DNA of 64,000 nucleotides from Vitrella brassicaformis CCMP3155 (Eukaryota > Protista > Chromerida): NCBI GenBank assembly GCA_001179505.1, contig CDMY01000306.1, positions 63,916-127,915 of the forward strand. Direction: 5' to 3'. Below the pieces are notes generated by a model. It had not been told where the DNA came from and did no database searches. It was given only the letters and a program-made list of their open reading frames with translations. Within the stretch, counting starts at the first letter, position 1. Each line of letters opens with the position of its first letter. The position numbers and the translations under genes are program-made. Shown piece after piece: positions 20,721-34,181 of the stretch.

Positions 20721-22935
20721 TCAGCCCATCCCCTCAGTGCCCTTCTCCCCGTCACCAGCATCACCTACCGGCCACATCTCCATCTCGACGGTCCACTCGT
20801 GCTCGCGCGGCCGCTGTGCCAGCTCGTCATCCGATGTCTCCTCCTCATCGAATCGCTTGTAGGCCAGTCGCGTCGCCTCCATGCGATACTCTGGCATGTC
20901 CTGCCGCACGCGGCCCTGGCCGAACAGCGACTTGAGCTCGCTCTTGATCCCGTCGGCATCGCCAGGGGCGGAGAAGATGTCGGCTCGCTCGCCGAGATTA
21001 AGGGTGGCGTGGCTCGGCCGCACCTCGTGGACGAGCCGGAAGAGGTCCCGCAGCCGATCGGGGACGCTCTCTGCTCTCGCGTTGTAGATGTCCTGGTAGC
21101 TGCCCACGTCCATATCGATGGGGCTGATCTCGATGCTGAGCTCTTCCACTGTGGGGTACTGTCGGGTGGTGTCAGGGGAGGGGAAGGCGACAGGGGCGGC
21201 CGCCTTGATGCGGGGCCGGTTGAAGAAGAGCGGCTCGTCGTGCTCTATCTCCAACTTCTGCGACCCAAGTGAGAAGGATCCATTCATTAGAGAGGGTTGT
21301 GGCCGTGCAGTGTGTGTGTGTGTGTGTGTACCTTGAGTGGCTTGGCGATGCCCTGCTGAATGTATGCGAGCGCCTCGGAGGCCAGGATGGCGCCGAGCCC
21401 CAGACAGTCGAAGTCCACGTGTGCGAGTGCGGGGAGGGATGAGAGGATGCGGGAGAGTCGGTTTGGCTTGGCGGGCGGGATCAGGTACTCGGGGTCACAC
21501 GTCGGGATGCCATCATATGGGCCTTCGTAGTTGCACAGGAAGACCTCCGTCATACTACTGAACCCACCCACACATCAGGCAGGCGCCTCTATCGCCTTTG
21601 CTGTGCGCCTCACTCACCTGAGTGACTTGAGCGTGGTGTCCTCGGTCAGCCACAGGGGGATGCTGTTGAAGGACTCAGCAGCGACATCGGGGCTGCTAAT
21701 GTTGAGGTCAATGTTCAGTCTCGTGGCGCTGTCGAACCGGATGCCGCTGAAGTGCGGGCTGGTGGGATCGCCTGACCCACTATCGTCCCCAAGCAATGAC
21801 ACCTCGTCGCCCCCCTCCGAATGCCGCTTGATGGTCTCTACCAGCTTGAGAGTCTCGGCGGTCGGCGGGCCCTCGGTCCTCTCAGCATGACGGCAATATA
21901 TGACGGTATCGCCTCCCTCTCTGACGACCTCCCACCCCATCTGCTCTGCCGCCTGGATCGTCTGCACTGAGTCATAGGTCTGCGGATCGGTCAGGTCTCG
22001 GAAGATGCGAAGGGGGCAGTGGACCTTGAGGTGGCGCTTGGTGGCGGCTCCCAACGGGGAGGGGCAGGGGGAAGCGGCCTGACTTGCGCTGCTGGACGAG
22101 GCCGACTGCCCTTGTGTGGCGTCAGCTGGCGCAGCAATGTCACCAGCAGGGTTGTCTCCTGTGTCCTGAGGCCCCGCAGCTTGAGGTGGCCGACGTGGCG
22201 CAGGTTCTTGAGCGATGAGAGGGCAGCGGTGGTGAGGGGCACCACACAGCTCTGGTTGACCCTGTTGAAATCAGTGCAGCACAGCAGTGGGAAGATGTCC
22301 AGCTGGGTGAGGGATGGGGACGAGCCGATGATGAACGCCAAACTGCCATCGAGCACGGCGCAGATGGATGCCCACTTGCCCGGCAAGTTGCGCTCGGTGT
22401 CCTCTATCTCGTCGTCGGAAAAGACCTTGCCCGTGAGCCGTTCGAGTGCCGGACAGACGAGCTTCTGCTGCCGGAAGAGATGCAGTCCGTCGGGGCTGTC
22501 CACCTTGACCGACGTGACCGACGGAAACACCGCATCGGGCCCCTTGACATGCGCCAGTGACAGGCCACCCTTTCGATCCTTGGATTTTGGTTGAGCCGTC
22601 TGAATGTCCTTGAGCGTGTCAGTGTGGTTGACCAGCTGCAGCGAGATGAAGGCGAATAGCCGCGCCCGGCCGATCTCCTCGACCTCCTCCTCTCCGGGCA
22701 GCAGGATGATGGCGTGCTGCTGCTGCTCGAACGTCACCAGGCTGCCGTCTGGTCCCCTGCAGCTGAGGCCGTGGTTGGGACGGTGCCAGTTGATGACCCG
22801 GATCAGCGAGTAGATGGCCCAGTAGAAGGGGCGGCAGACACAGCTCATCGCCAGGCGCTCCTTGACGGACTGATACGATGACACGTTGAGCCAGATGAGC
22901 CCATCCAGCAGGCTCGTGAGGCTCCTCGTTGCCAT
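20721..22935 (-). CDS. F-box protein with LRR-like body; frame break near 22060-22200 (frameshift or unusually short intron)
   Basis: LTSLLDGLIWLNVSSYQSVKERLAMSCVCRPFY fits the F-box pattern. ORFs 21991-22998 and 21614-22054 are in different frames. Downstream exons join via GT-AG to the stop at 20721. Confidence 0.65.
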
Positions 22936-23073
22936 CTTGGCTGGATGAGTCATCTTGGCTGGCGGGCCGTCCATCGCTCGGCACCCACACGTGCCCATCA
23001 GAGATCAGCTAGTACGCCGCTACAGCTTCCTGCTCTCCTCACCCTTTCGCGCACATCTTAGCTCGCAGAAGAC

Positions 23074-23172
23074 AAACCCTATACCCTATACCCTATACTC
23101 TCGCCTTTTGAAGGCGTTTTCCCATTAGTAGGGGGGCGGGGAGGCCGGCTGAGGTGCTCAGCTAAACCCTAG
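23074..23172. promoter_or_regulatory. Telo-box-like repeats upstream of the F-box gene
   Basis: AAACCCTATACCCTATACCCTATAC at 23074-23098 and AAACCCTAG at 23164-23172. Confidence 0.4.
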
Positions 23173-23684
23173 GTATATGTAGGTGTGCGTTGGTGTGCAG
23201 GAGCGCGCAGCAGGCAGGCACACTCACACACGGATGTGCGCAGGGGTGGTACCTACCGTGCTCAGTCCTGTGCGCCTCTCGATGTGTGTGTGTGTGTGTG
23301 TGTGTGTGTTCGCGTGAGTGGCTGGCTGCTGGCTAGTGAGTGCATCGTCAATCACGGACGCATCAGCACCAGACCCAATGGATGGATGGACAGTGGATGC
23401 CTTTCCTTGTTTCTTCACTGCGTCCAAACGAGTCCAACAGCTATGATCATACAGCTGCTGCAAAAACCCAGAAACCCAGAAACGGAGAAACGCCTCTTCC
23501 CTCTCCACGTATGTGTGTGTGTGTAAGGTGCAATGCCATTCATCACCAAATGTGTGTGCAAAGCGAGACGAAGGAAGTGGAAAAAATGCACAATGTATCC
23601 ATCATGGTAACACAAATAGACCATGCGCCTGCCTGTCTGTCTGTCTGTCTGCCTCTCTGTCTTTGCGGCAGTAGATCACGTCAG

Positions 23685-24532
23685 TCACATGATAGGGTAT
23701 GCCTGCCTGACGCACCCCTTGTGCGTCGCCCAGTCGATGAAGGCGCGCCTAAACCACACATTCACCACACCACACACAACACACTCGAACACACACCCAT
23801 GCCTCTTGTTGTGTAGACGTGTGTGAGTCTGACCGACCAGGTGCCATCGGCAGAAAGGGTGTTCCTGTCGCCTGTCCACCCACACCCACACGAATAAAGA
23901 CACACGAGTACACGGAAAGATGGTGAGGAAGGGGGAATAGTGGGTGCGTACCAATGACGATGAGCCCTCTCTTGGCGCGCGTGAGCATGTTGTTGGTGCG
24001 CCGGTGGTCGCCAAGAAGGCCCACATCGCCCTGCACACATGACATGGACCACACCCACACACAGAGATGTCCATTGGTGCCCCCTCTGTCTCTCCCCCTC
24101 CCTCCCTGTGTGTGTACCTGAGAGTTTGACCGCACAGCCGAGAAGATGATCACCTCCCTCTCCATCCCCTGTGGGCACACACACCACAGCACACCACCAT
24201 TATCCAATGTGTGTGGTGTGTGGTGTGTGGTGTGTGTGCGGACACACTGCACTGACCTGGAATCCGTCGACGGTGTCGACGTCGATGACTTTGTTGACGT
24301 CGTGGATGGTGGTGACCATCGACTTCACGTGATGATACAGCTTGGGCGTTTGCTGCACACACAAAGCAAAGGCCACACACACAGACACGTACACACACAC
24401 GAGCAGGAGTGTGTGTGCGTGTGTGTGCGTGTGTGTGTGTGTGTGTGTCCATCATGAGCCCACGTGGATGTAGGCCAGGAGCTGCCGGAGCAGCTCGCGA
24501 CGCTGCTCCTGATATGGCGTCACCAGACCTGA

Positions 24533-24569
<37 letters not shown>

Positions 24570-27537
24570 GGAGAGGGCCATAGGCTCGGTATATGTCTGT
24601 GTGTGAGTGTGTGTGTGTAGGGTTGCCGACCGACCGATGTCGAATCGCTTCTTTCCGTATTGGTCGAAGAGGTGTACGTCCCACCCCAGCATCATGTCCA
24701 GCGCACGGACCGCCTCAGACGCCTCACTGCGCCCCCATACACAGCCATCCATCCATCCATCCACACACACACAGACACACAGACACAGACAGACAGACAG
24801 ACGTGTGCAGGTGGGCACCCACCGCCTGTTTTTGAAGGAGGTGTCGACTTGCTCCTCAAACACGCCCCCAGACGTGTCGATGAAGCACTGATATATCGGA
24901 TACACACACACATGAATCAAAAGTGTAAGTGTGTAAGTGTGTTCCTCTCTTTCTGCCTCTCTCTCTCTCTCTCTCTGACCACAGGAATGTATGGCTGCGG
25001 CCAGGGGAAGCCCTGCGGCACCGGCCTGTTGACGCATCCACACACACACAGACAGAGAGAGACATACAGCTCACGCCTCCCCCCCGTGTGTGTGCTCACC
25101 GCTCGCTGGGATGCACGGCGTCACTCATGAACCCTGCACACACACACACACCGACATCGACACACACACATGGACGTCACACACACAGACAAAGGCGTGT
25201 GTGAGAAGGGTAGGTGGGGGTCGTACGATTGTAGAAGTGTCCGTTAGGGAACTCTGCGACGGCTGGGTGCATTCTGTACTGCTCGTGCAGCATGTAGGGC
25301 CGGTGGCCGCACAGCAGCAGCCGCTGGAACAGGGGCAGGCTCAGGCCCTTGTCGGCAGCAGACAACGAGTGCTGACCGATCCAGAGATCGACCCAACAGA
25401 CACAACACATCCATCCATCCATCCAGCTGTCTGTGTGTGTGCGTCTGTGTGTGTGTGTGTGTGGGAGTGCTTACAACGGTGGGAGGGAGCTGCTGCTGGT
25501 CGCCGATGAGTACGAGCTTCCGGCAGCCACGGACGATGGCACACAATACCGCGGGCTCTGCACCACACACATCCATATGTGCGCATGGTGTCTGTGTGTG
25601 TGTGTGGGTGTGTGGGTGTGTCTGTGTGTCTGTGTGTGTGGGTGTGTCTACCAGTGGCCTGTGTGGCTTCATCGACGATGACTCTGTCGAAGGTATGTTT
25701 GGCGAGCTCCTTGTTGGCCTGGCACTCCACACACGTGGCCACGATCACCTTGGCGTCACGAAGCGACTGCACACACAGAGACACACACACAGAGAGAGGC
25801 AGAGAGAGAGATACACACAGACGTGTTGATCCTTGCCAATATGTGTGTGTGTGTGTGTGTGCGGCGCGCGTGTGTGCGCCGTGCTTACAGCTGAGAGCAG
25901 ATTCTTGACCGACTGGGGGTTGCCTGCTCGCGTCTGATAGACACACACACACACACATAGGTTGATAGCTTGGGAAGGAAGACATGAAGGCATTATGACT
26001 GACACGCCACCGCCATACCATCTCTTTGGCGGCCTGGTACGCCAGATCATCGGCACTCTGCACACACACACACACACACACACAGAGCGATATCCAAATG
26101 GGTCTCTGAGTGCATTTCTCTGTGTGTGTGCGCGCGTGTACGTCAAAAGATGAGCCGCTGCCCACACGCAGAGCGTTGATGGCTGCACAACCACACAACA
26201 CACACCACACACACGTGATCTTCAGGTGTGCAGTGCAAGGGGTGGGGTGAGCAGACAGATTCTCTGTCTGCCTACGGTGGTCCTTGTGGATGTCGTCAAT
26301 GTCCTGGAGGATGCTCTTGAGGTTGTCGGCAGCCACACTCGAGCCAGCCACCGCCAAGATCTGCACACACACACACAGACGTCTCGCTCCCCTTTGATGT
26401 GTGTGTGTGTGTTTGGGTGTGTGTGTGGGTGTGTGTGTAGGCCACTTTGCCGGCCGGCTGTCTGTCGTATGTCCAGGCCTTGATGATGGTGGCCGCCACG
26501 GTGGTCTTGCCAGTGCCAGCCGGGCCTGTCCGTCCCAGCCCACATACACGCAATGTCCCCTTTCTTCCATCCATCCATCCATCTGTGTGTGTTCTGGTGG
26601 TGGTGGTGGTGGGAGGAGTTTGTGTGTGTTCGTGCCTTGAATGAGTGTCAGCTCGCTGCTGGCCGCCGCACCGACCGCCTCAATCTGGCTGTGGTTCAGC
26701 GGGCCCCACACTGCACACACACACACATACACACAGATATGGTGTCATATTCTCTGTGTCTGTGTGTGTGTCTGTGTGGACTGACCGTTTCTGAGCACGT
26801 TGCCGAGGAAGTTCATGACCTGAGAGCGCCGGTTCTGGAACTCTGCACACAGACAGACAGACAGACAGACAGACAGATATACACACACAGAGAGAGGGAG
26901 AGGGAGCGGGAGAGGGAGAGAGACTGACCGTGCACTTGAGGTGGGGGCTGCCTGGCCAGCAGCTGGTCCTGCAGCGATATCGACATGACGTTGGGCACGG
27001 GATTGCACAGCCTGACACACACCACACACACACACACACTTGCCATCCATCTCCCCCCCACGCACCCACCCACCCACCCACCCACCCGCACACACACACA
27101 CGTGTACCGTTTCAGTGCGTCGATCTGCGCGTCAAAAGGCTTCCGATTGGCGATCTTCCACAGGGTGAACGTGTGGGCCAGCTCCTCTGCCCCCACCACA
27201 CCACACACCACCCAAGCCAACCGTGAGTGCGTGTGTGTGGCCTGTGTGTGTTGTGTTGTGTGTCCAATGGCGTGGCGTACGTGTGGCCTGCTCGTTTTTG
27301 TCCCTGACGTTCTTGGGGTGGGTGCCGTGGACGGTGGGCACGTAGAGGCACACGCGGCCGCCCTTGTGGTCGGCAGCCTTGACGAAGCCCACTTGTGTGG
27401 GGATGTGGGGGTCGGAGCAGACGACGCGGACGTACTCGTTCTCGCAGATCTTCTGAGACTCCGGGCCGGGGTAATCTGTGTGAAAAGACCGACATTGGCT
27501 GCCCATGTGGCAGGGCAGACGAGACGTGGGTCTCTCC

Positions 27538-27570
<33 letters not shown>

Positions 27571-30215
27571 TGTGTCTGTGTGTCTGTCTGTGTGCGGCTC
27601 ACCAGCCATGGTTCTGCCTTCTGCATGGGTCATCTCTATGTACCTGCAGACACACACAAACACAGAGACACAACCACACAATGAAGTGAACCATTGTGCG
27701 GTGGGGTGCGGTGGGGGGTGCGTGTGCGTCACATGAGCGAGTGCGAGTTGCCGAAGTGCCTCCGCCTCAGAGGGCCGTAGCAGAAGACGTTGCCCTGCGT
27801 CGCTGCATGTTGGCCACACAGACACACACACACGTGGGCACACACATGGGACAAGGGGTGTGTGTGTGTGGTGTGGGCGCCGGCACTAACATGCTTTGGT
27901 GAGCTGGTAGATGGTCTGGCACAGCTCCTCAGCTGCACAGCACACACACACACACGCACACACATGGGTGCATGTGTGTGTGTGTGTGTGTGGGCGTCCC
28001 CACCCCACCTAGGAGCAGCCTGAATCTCGTGTAGAAGCACCAGGCGGGCATGAAGCGGAAGGCCTCCATCGGCACACACACATAGCCTCCCAACAGACGG
28101 CAACCCTACACACACAACACAACACATGTCCCTCTCTCCCTCTCTCTCTCTCCCCATGTGTGTGTGTGTGTTACCACTTCGGCCACAGTGGGTGAGCCGC
28201 AAAGCGCCAACACGTCCAGACAGCTCTCTGCAGGCATTCACACACACGGCTGTCTCGGTGTGGCTGTGTGTGTGTGGGTGAAACCAGTGAGGGCGTACCA
28301 ACGATTTCGACGGACAGCTCCAGGCCGGGTACCTCTGGTAGATCCACACCAACTGCAGCAGCAAAGGCGCCATGCACTTGTGCTGTGTGTGTGTGTGTGG
28401 GTCTGTGAGGGTGGACCCTGCTGCTGCTGGTGGTACTGCTGCGGCTCGAAGCTTGTAGAGGCAGCAGCAGCAGCTGCTGCTGCTGATGCACTGCTGCTGG
28501 CCTGTGTCCACTTCTTGCCGACGCCGCCGCGCTTGCCTGCAGTCCACAAACACATCCACACACATACAGACAGACAGATGTGCGGGCGGTGGTGGAGGCT
28601 GACGGACTTGGGTGCATGAAGATGTCAGCGTTGCAGTCAATCCGATGCCCCTGGGCGGCCGCACTGCGCACACACACTCACACGCACAGGCGAACACCGA
28701 GCTGTGTTTGTGTGGGCGCGTGTGAGTGTGTGTGTGAGGCCGTGAGTACGTGTGTTGTGCGACGTATCCGTCGGATCTGTCGAATCGTCCGTTGAGGAGC
28801 TGCTCGTTGGCGCTGTCCACCTCTTGCCGGCTGGACCACTGGTGCGCTACACACACACACACACACACAGACAGAGTGTGTACTGTGGCATATGTGGTGG
28901 GCGGGGGTGTAGAGATGTGTGTGTACGTGGGAACATTTTGGCTTCGATGCGCATTCGGTCCGGCTTGCGCTCCATCTGTGTTGCCACCACTGCACACACA
29001 CATACACACACACACACACATGGATGCAGCCATGAATGACACCGCACACGCGTGTGTGTATGGGTGTGGGTGTGGGTGTGGGTGTGTGTCAGTGGCTCGT
29101 GCAGTCAGGTCAGTCACCTTGAGGGTTCTGCAGCTGCTTGAGCAGCATCTCCATGCCAACCAGGTTGCCTCTGTAGGCGAACGCCTCCCACAGCGTGGCG
29201 AAGTCTGCAGGCCAGTGCGTGTGGCTACCGGCAACCAACACCTTCACACACATATACATAGGCGCTCACGCACACACAAACAACACACACACACACAGGG
29301 CGTACCAGCAAGCAGTTGATGGCCTCCTCAGTGTTGCCCTGCGTGTGCGGCGTAGACAACAGACAACACAACACATGGCACGGCATGGCACAAGACACAG
29401 CCACCAACATCATCATCACATCGTGATGTGCACCCACACTTATATGCAGCGCACCTCTGCAGCGTGTTGGTAGATCAGGTTGGCCAGCTGCTTCGGCTTG
29501 TGCTGCTTGTACTTGGCCTTAACACACACACACACACACAACCACATAGAGTCCCCACACACGCGCCACAATGCGTGGAGGCAGACCGACCAGTATCTGC
29601 TGCGTCCGCTCGTCCGCCGTGATGGGCACCGCCTGGACATCCACACTGTCTGCCGGTGCTGACGCCTCAATGCCGCCACCGCCACCAGAAGCACCACCAC
29701 TACCAGCACCACCAGCAGCTGCTGCTGCCTCTGCTTGGCGCTTTGCCTGCACCCACCAGACACACGCACACACATCGACACATACCTTGTCGAATGCATT
29801 TCTGTGTCGACGTGTGTGCGCATGGTGATGACGATACCGCCGCAGTGCTCTTGCGCTTCTTGGCGGGAGGGGCTGCACACACACACAAACACACACACAC
29901 ACACGAACGGAAGTGTGGATGAGATGAGTGTCGATATCGGTTCCCCTGCCACACACACACAAAGCTGTGGTACCGTCGAGCGAGACGCCCCTCTGCAGCA
30001 GCATCAGGCTCAGGTTCTCAAGCGCACTGTACCGGGCCTCCTGCAGTGCACCCATTCCACGCCGTATCAATAACACTCGGGCGTCGACACACACGTGTGT
30101 GTGTGTACCTGTTTCTTGTGTGCAGTGCCGTTTGCAGTGAGAGGGACGGGGTCGCCCGGCAGGTGCAGAGAGACCACACACTCCCACGTGGTGCTCCTGC
30201 CTGCAACATACCAAC

Positions 30216-30249
<34 letters not shown>

Positions 30250-30405
30250 GGACAAGGCGTGTATGTGTGTGTGCAGGGAATGATGGGCGGACGTGCCTGT
30301 CTTCTTGATGTCCTCCTTGTTGCACTGAACCGCCTCGTAGCTGAACTTGGGGTCGAGGTGGCGCTTCTGACACAGAGCGTAGAACTGCACACACACACCC
30401 ATCAT

Positions 30406-30448
<43 letters not shown>

Positions 30449-30991
30449 TCTTCATGTGCCCATCCGTGTGCATCGCACATCACATACGTCCTTGAAATGG
30501 TCGATCTTCCACTGGCGAATCATAGCGAGCGCCTGCTTGGTGCTCTCGTCCAGGCTCTCCTCGTCAGCCATGAGCTGATCCACACTCACATCGTCCGACA
30601 AGCCGTCACGCTTCCGCTTGGCATTGCCTTGAGAGGTAGCACTGCTGGACTCTGCCTCCCCTGACACAACTGACTGGTTCACATCGCCACCTGCACCTGA
30701 ATGTGCATGCAGACACCAGAAAGGGAGACGAGGGAGGAATGGGAGGCAGATCTCTCTGTGTGTGTGTGTGTTGTTACCATTGGTCATGTGTTCCTCCGCT
30801 CCCTCTTCTGCCTTGATGACGGCGTCTGCTGCCCCTGCTGCTGCCAGTGCCTCTAGAACTTGCTCTTGCTCTTGCTCTTGCTGCTCTTCTGTCTTGATCG
30901 TGACACCGTTGGCACTTGACTCGCCTTCGACGGGCATGTTTGCCCCACCACCTTCGCCAGACGGGCGATTCTCTGCGTCAGAGTGCTCCAT
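23685..30991 (-). CDS. UPF1/NAM7-like superfamily 1B helicase with an N-terminal double-stranded RNA-binding motif
   Basis: Q motif LNHSQIEAV, Walker A QGPAGTGKTT, IVDEATQATEP, LIGDQQQLPP, QYRMHPAVAEFP, TVDGFQGMEREVIIFSAVRSN and RRTNNMLTRAKRGLIVIG. dsRBM-like FYALCQKRHLDPKFSY..WECVVSL..ANGTAHKKQEARYSALENL at ~29960-30385. About 35 exons. Confidence 0.88.
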
Positions 30992-31464
30992 TAAGACGAT
31001 ACGCGAGCTAAGAGTGGGGGATCTTTGTACAAGATCTCGCAAGATCTGGCCTGCCTATGGTTGGGTGGGCGCTGCTGATGACACATGCGAATGCGAGCTT
31101 GAAGTGGGTCGACCTGGGATGACCTGTTGGAGGGAGGCAGTTCTCCTTGGTTGCATTGCTAGGTGATGCTGAGGGTACAAGGATGACAGAGAAGCCAAAG
31201 GCTGCTCATGCGGATGAATGCACTCTCCGCATCTGTGAGTCACAGTTGCACACAGACTCTGATGGCCACACATCGAATCCATTGCCATGACTGTCGGCAA
31301 TACCATCACAGCCACACCGGCCCTATGGTACAGGCCAAGCACGGCACACAAATGAATCAAATATTCAACACCATTGCAAGACCGAATAAAAACAACTCAC
31401 AGCCTTCTTTTGTATCACTGCATAGACACCAGGGCCTCACGAATACAGTGGCCTCATACCTCGC

Positions 31465-33616
31465 TCATTTCGCCTAGAAAACAATGACGCAACAAGCAGA
31501 GAGGCGCTCACAGTCTCCTGCGCTCCTCTCGCCACTCTATCACTCACCTGCACCTGCCACACCTCCATCTCGTCGCACGTGAAGTCCAGGGACTGCGCCA
31601 ATGTGCCTTTGTAGTAGCTGTACCCCCCGCTGTAGCCCTCCGCCAGCTCATCCCTGCTGATCCACAGCTGGCAGCTGCTGAGGTCGGCCGCCGGACCATG
31701 CCGAGCCAACCCCAACCAGAGGACTCCAGCAGGACTGCAACCGATGCGGGCATTTGAACTCCAGTCCATATTGTTGGCCTGTGCCGCCCCCTGTGCCCCG
31801 GCCACCTTCACCATCTGACTCTCCTCGGGCAGCTCGATCTTGATCGGCGTCTCGTACGCACCCGACAGCGAAAAGAAGAAGAGCGGCGCCTTGTAGAGGT
31901 TGGTCTGCGTGGGGTCGTCTGGTGGAGCGAGTGGGCCGTCGATGAAGCACCCGAATCGGTGTGTGTCGCCATCTCGGAGGGCGAAGAGGAGGCCGCTCTT
32001 GCCGGTCACCTTGTTAATGAAGGAGGAGTACCCAAGCGTGTCACGACTCGACCTGATCACGACACACACCGGGGAAGTGTGTGTCTGTCGGCGTGCGGTT
32101 ATTTGTGCCCGGGTGCGTGGTTCGATCACTTGTAGATGAGTGTGGCTGTGGGTGAGTGTTTGCCGGTCATGTCGATGACTTTGCCCCACTCCTCGGCCGA
32201 CTTGGCGATGAAGTTGTGGCCGCCCCCCGCCAGGCCGCTGCAGGAGGGCTCGTGCTTCAGCCCATACATCTCGGTGTCGACGCGAAGCTGCTTGGCGTTG
32301 GTCGATGTGGGCGGCTTGACGATGCTGCCGGGCGGTGCGATGCGCTGGCGACGGGCGAAGTCGACGACCTTCATGAGATGGTCAGGGCGGATGGAACTCA
32401 CAGGCGCACCGCTGCAGACACAAGAGAAGGGTGTATCCACGATGATGAGCTGTGTCGTCTTGGTGTTGTGTTGCTTGCCTATGAAGTGTCCTGTAGAGTC
32501 GTTTGTCGCTGCCGATGGATGACAGTGTGGCCTCGGTGGTCGACACCGTCTTGCCCAGGACGCGCACGCTCTTGATCTCGTCATCTCCAGCTGCCGACTT
32601 GAAGAATGGCCCGATGGCCCTGTGGAATCTCTTGAGCTCCCTCTCAGCTTCGACGAGGTCGGCCATGGCCGCCTCGACGTCTGACGCGCTCGCCTTGATG
32701 ATGTCGATGGGGTCTTTGCCGTTGGTTGCTGCCTCGCACGCGCCGGTCTCCCTTGTAAGATGGCTGCCGAGTGTCGTCTTTGTGTCGAAGAGTAGCTCGT
32801 GCCAGAAGAGCGACGAGCTGTCGGTGCTGTGGTCACCCGTCAGGACGATCTCATGGCTCTCGCCCTGCGCATCCGCCACGCCGACGTTGGCGATCTCGTC
32901 ACGCAGCCTGACGTCAACAGATACGACAGACCGCATTGTTTGTGAGTTTCGTCAACCCTCCTCCCCCCACTCTCGACTTACCACTCCATATAGACTGGGT
33001 CAGCATCGAGGAATGGGCGGCCGTCTGTGTCCTTCGGCAGCCCATCCAGATGGTGCAGCAGCAGATAGGCGATGAGGCTCTCACTCACGCCGGGCAGCAG
33101 CAGCGGCTTGCGAGGCACACACAGCACCGTCCCGCCCACGTTGATCTCGATCTCGCCATCGAGCGGCCCAATAGGATGCAGCTGCCCTCCATTGCTCGCG
33201 ATGAGTCGATTGACGATGTGGGACTGCTTCTCCAGCTCATCCAACATCCGCTTGGTGGCAGCGAAGCCATTCATGCTTGCCAGCGATGCAAGATGATCCG
33301 AAGGGACCACGGACGAGCCGCTGGAAGGGCTGGAGCCGCTTGAAAAGAGTGCCCTGATGGTCTGTTCTTGCTCAGCCAGCCTTGTTCTCAGACACTCCAG
33401 CTGGTCTTTGAGTGTCTTGATGGTGCGCTCAGCATCGGCCAGCTGTCGTTGCATGGCCGCCTTGTCAGCTCGTGCACTGACCAGCTGCTCCATCGTCTCT
33501 TTGTCGACACTTTGTTGGTCAGTCAGCTCCTCTCGCTGCTTGTGGTCCTCGCGCGGCCGAGCCTGAAGTGCACTGATGGTCCCTCGAGCATCCGTCAGCT
33601 CTGCCTCAGCACACAT
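31465..33616 (-). CDS. Coiled-coil plus BTB-BTB-TLDc protein, subfamily B-like copy 3 (apparently intact, one GC-AG intron)
   Basis: Exons 33616-32982, 32907-32479, 32411-32130, from 32052 into TLDc. The intron at 32478-32412 begins GCAAG at the position where paralogs have GT. Confidence 0.82.
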
Positions 33617-33847
33617 AGCCGTGATAGTGCCGCCATGCCGCGATGCACCTTCGGTTGCGGCCCGCCATCCGTTGGTTCTGCGACCCGCCTGAAGCTGCCA
33701 GTGGGATGCAGCGAGTGTCTTCCATGCGTGTCGTGCGTCGGCCGACAGGCGGATGGGATGCGGCGGGCGAGTCGCCGGGCGGGCGAGAGTTGCTGTGAGA
33801 GATGGCGAGGGAGGGCGAACCAGGGCATTGATCTATGAATCAATCCA

Positions 33848-34060
33848 CTAATTGAACACACAAAGCAGACGTGAAGCACAGAGAGAGAAGATGCCCCTGG
33901 TGGAGCGGTGGACGCCACCGACGAGCTGAGTCCGCACAATCACGACAGTGTCTTCTTCTGCTGCTGCCGTCACGCTGCAAGAAGGGCTGGGTGGCGGGCC
34001 AGACGGACCCATGCAGGTCTTGGAGGGGGAGATCTACGCTAAAATCAGATGGCTCAGCTC
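33848..34060 (-). repeat. Inverted copy of the 18380-18540 upstream region, including the same small ORF (54 codons here)
   Basis: Reverse complement reads MGPSGPPPSPSCSVTAAAEEDTVVIVRTQLVGGVHRSTRGIFSL...; ATG at 34012. Confidence 0.85.
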
Positions 34061-34181
34061 TCCCATGGAGTCCCTGCCCTGCTTTGGATGAAATTAGTTG
34101 GTCCTGCAACGTCCCTCGGCACGATCGCGCTTGCCATTCGAGCTCGCGAAGATGTTTATGCTGCCGTTTTGATCTGAGGCG

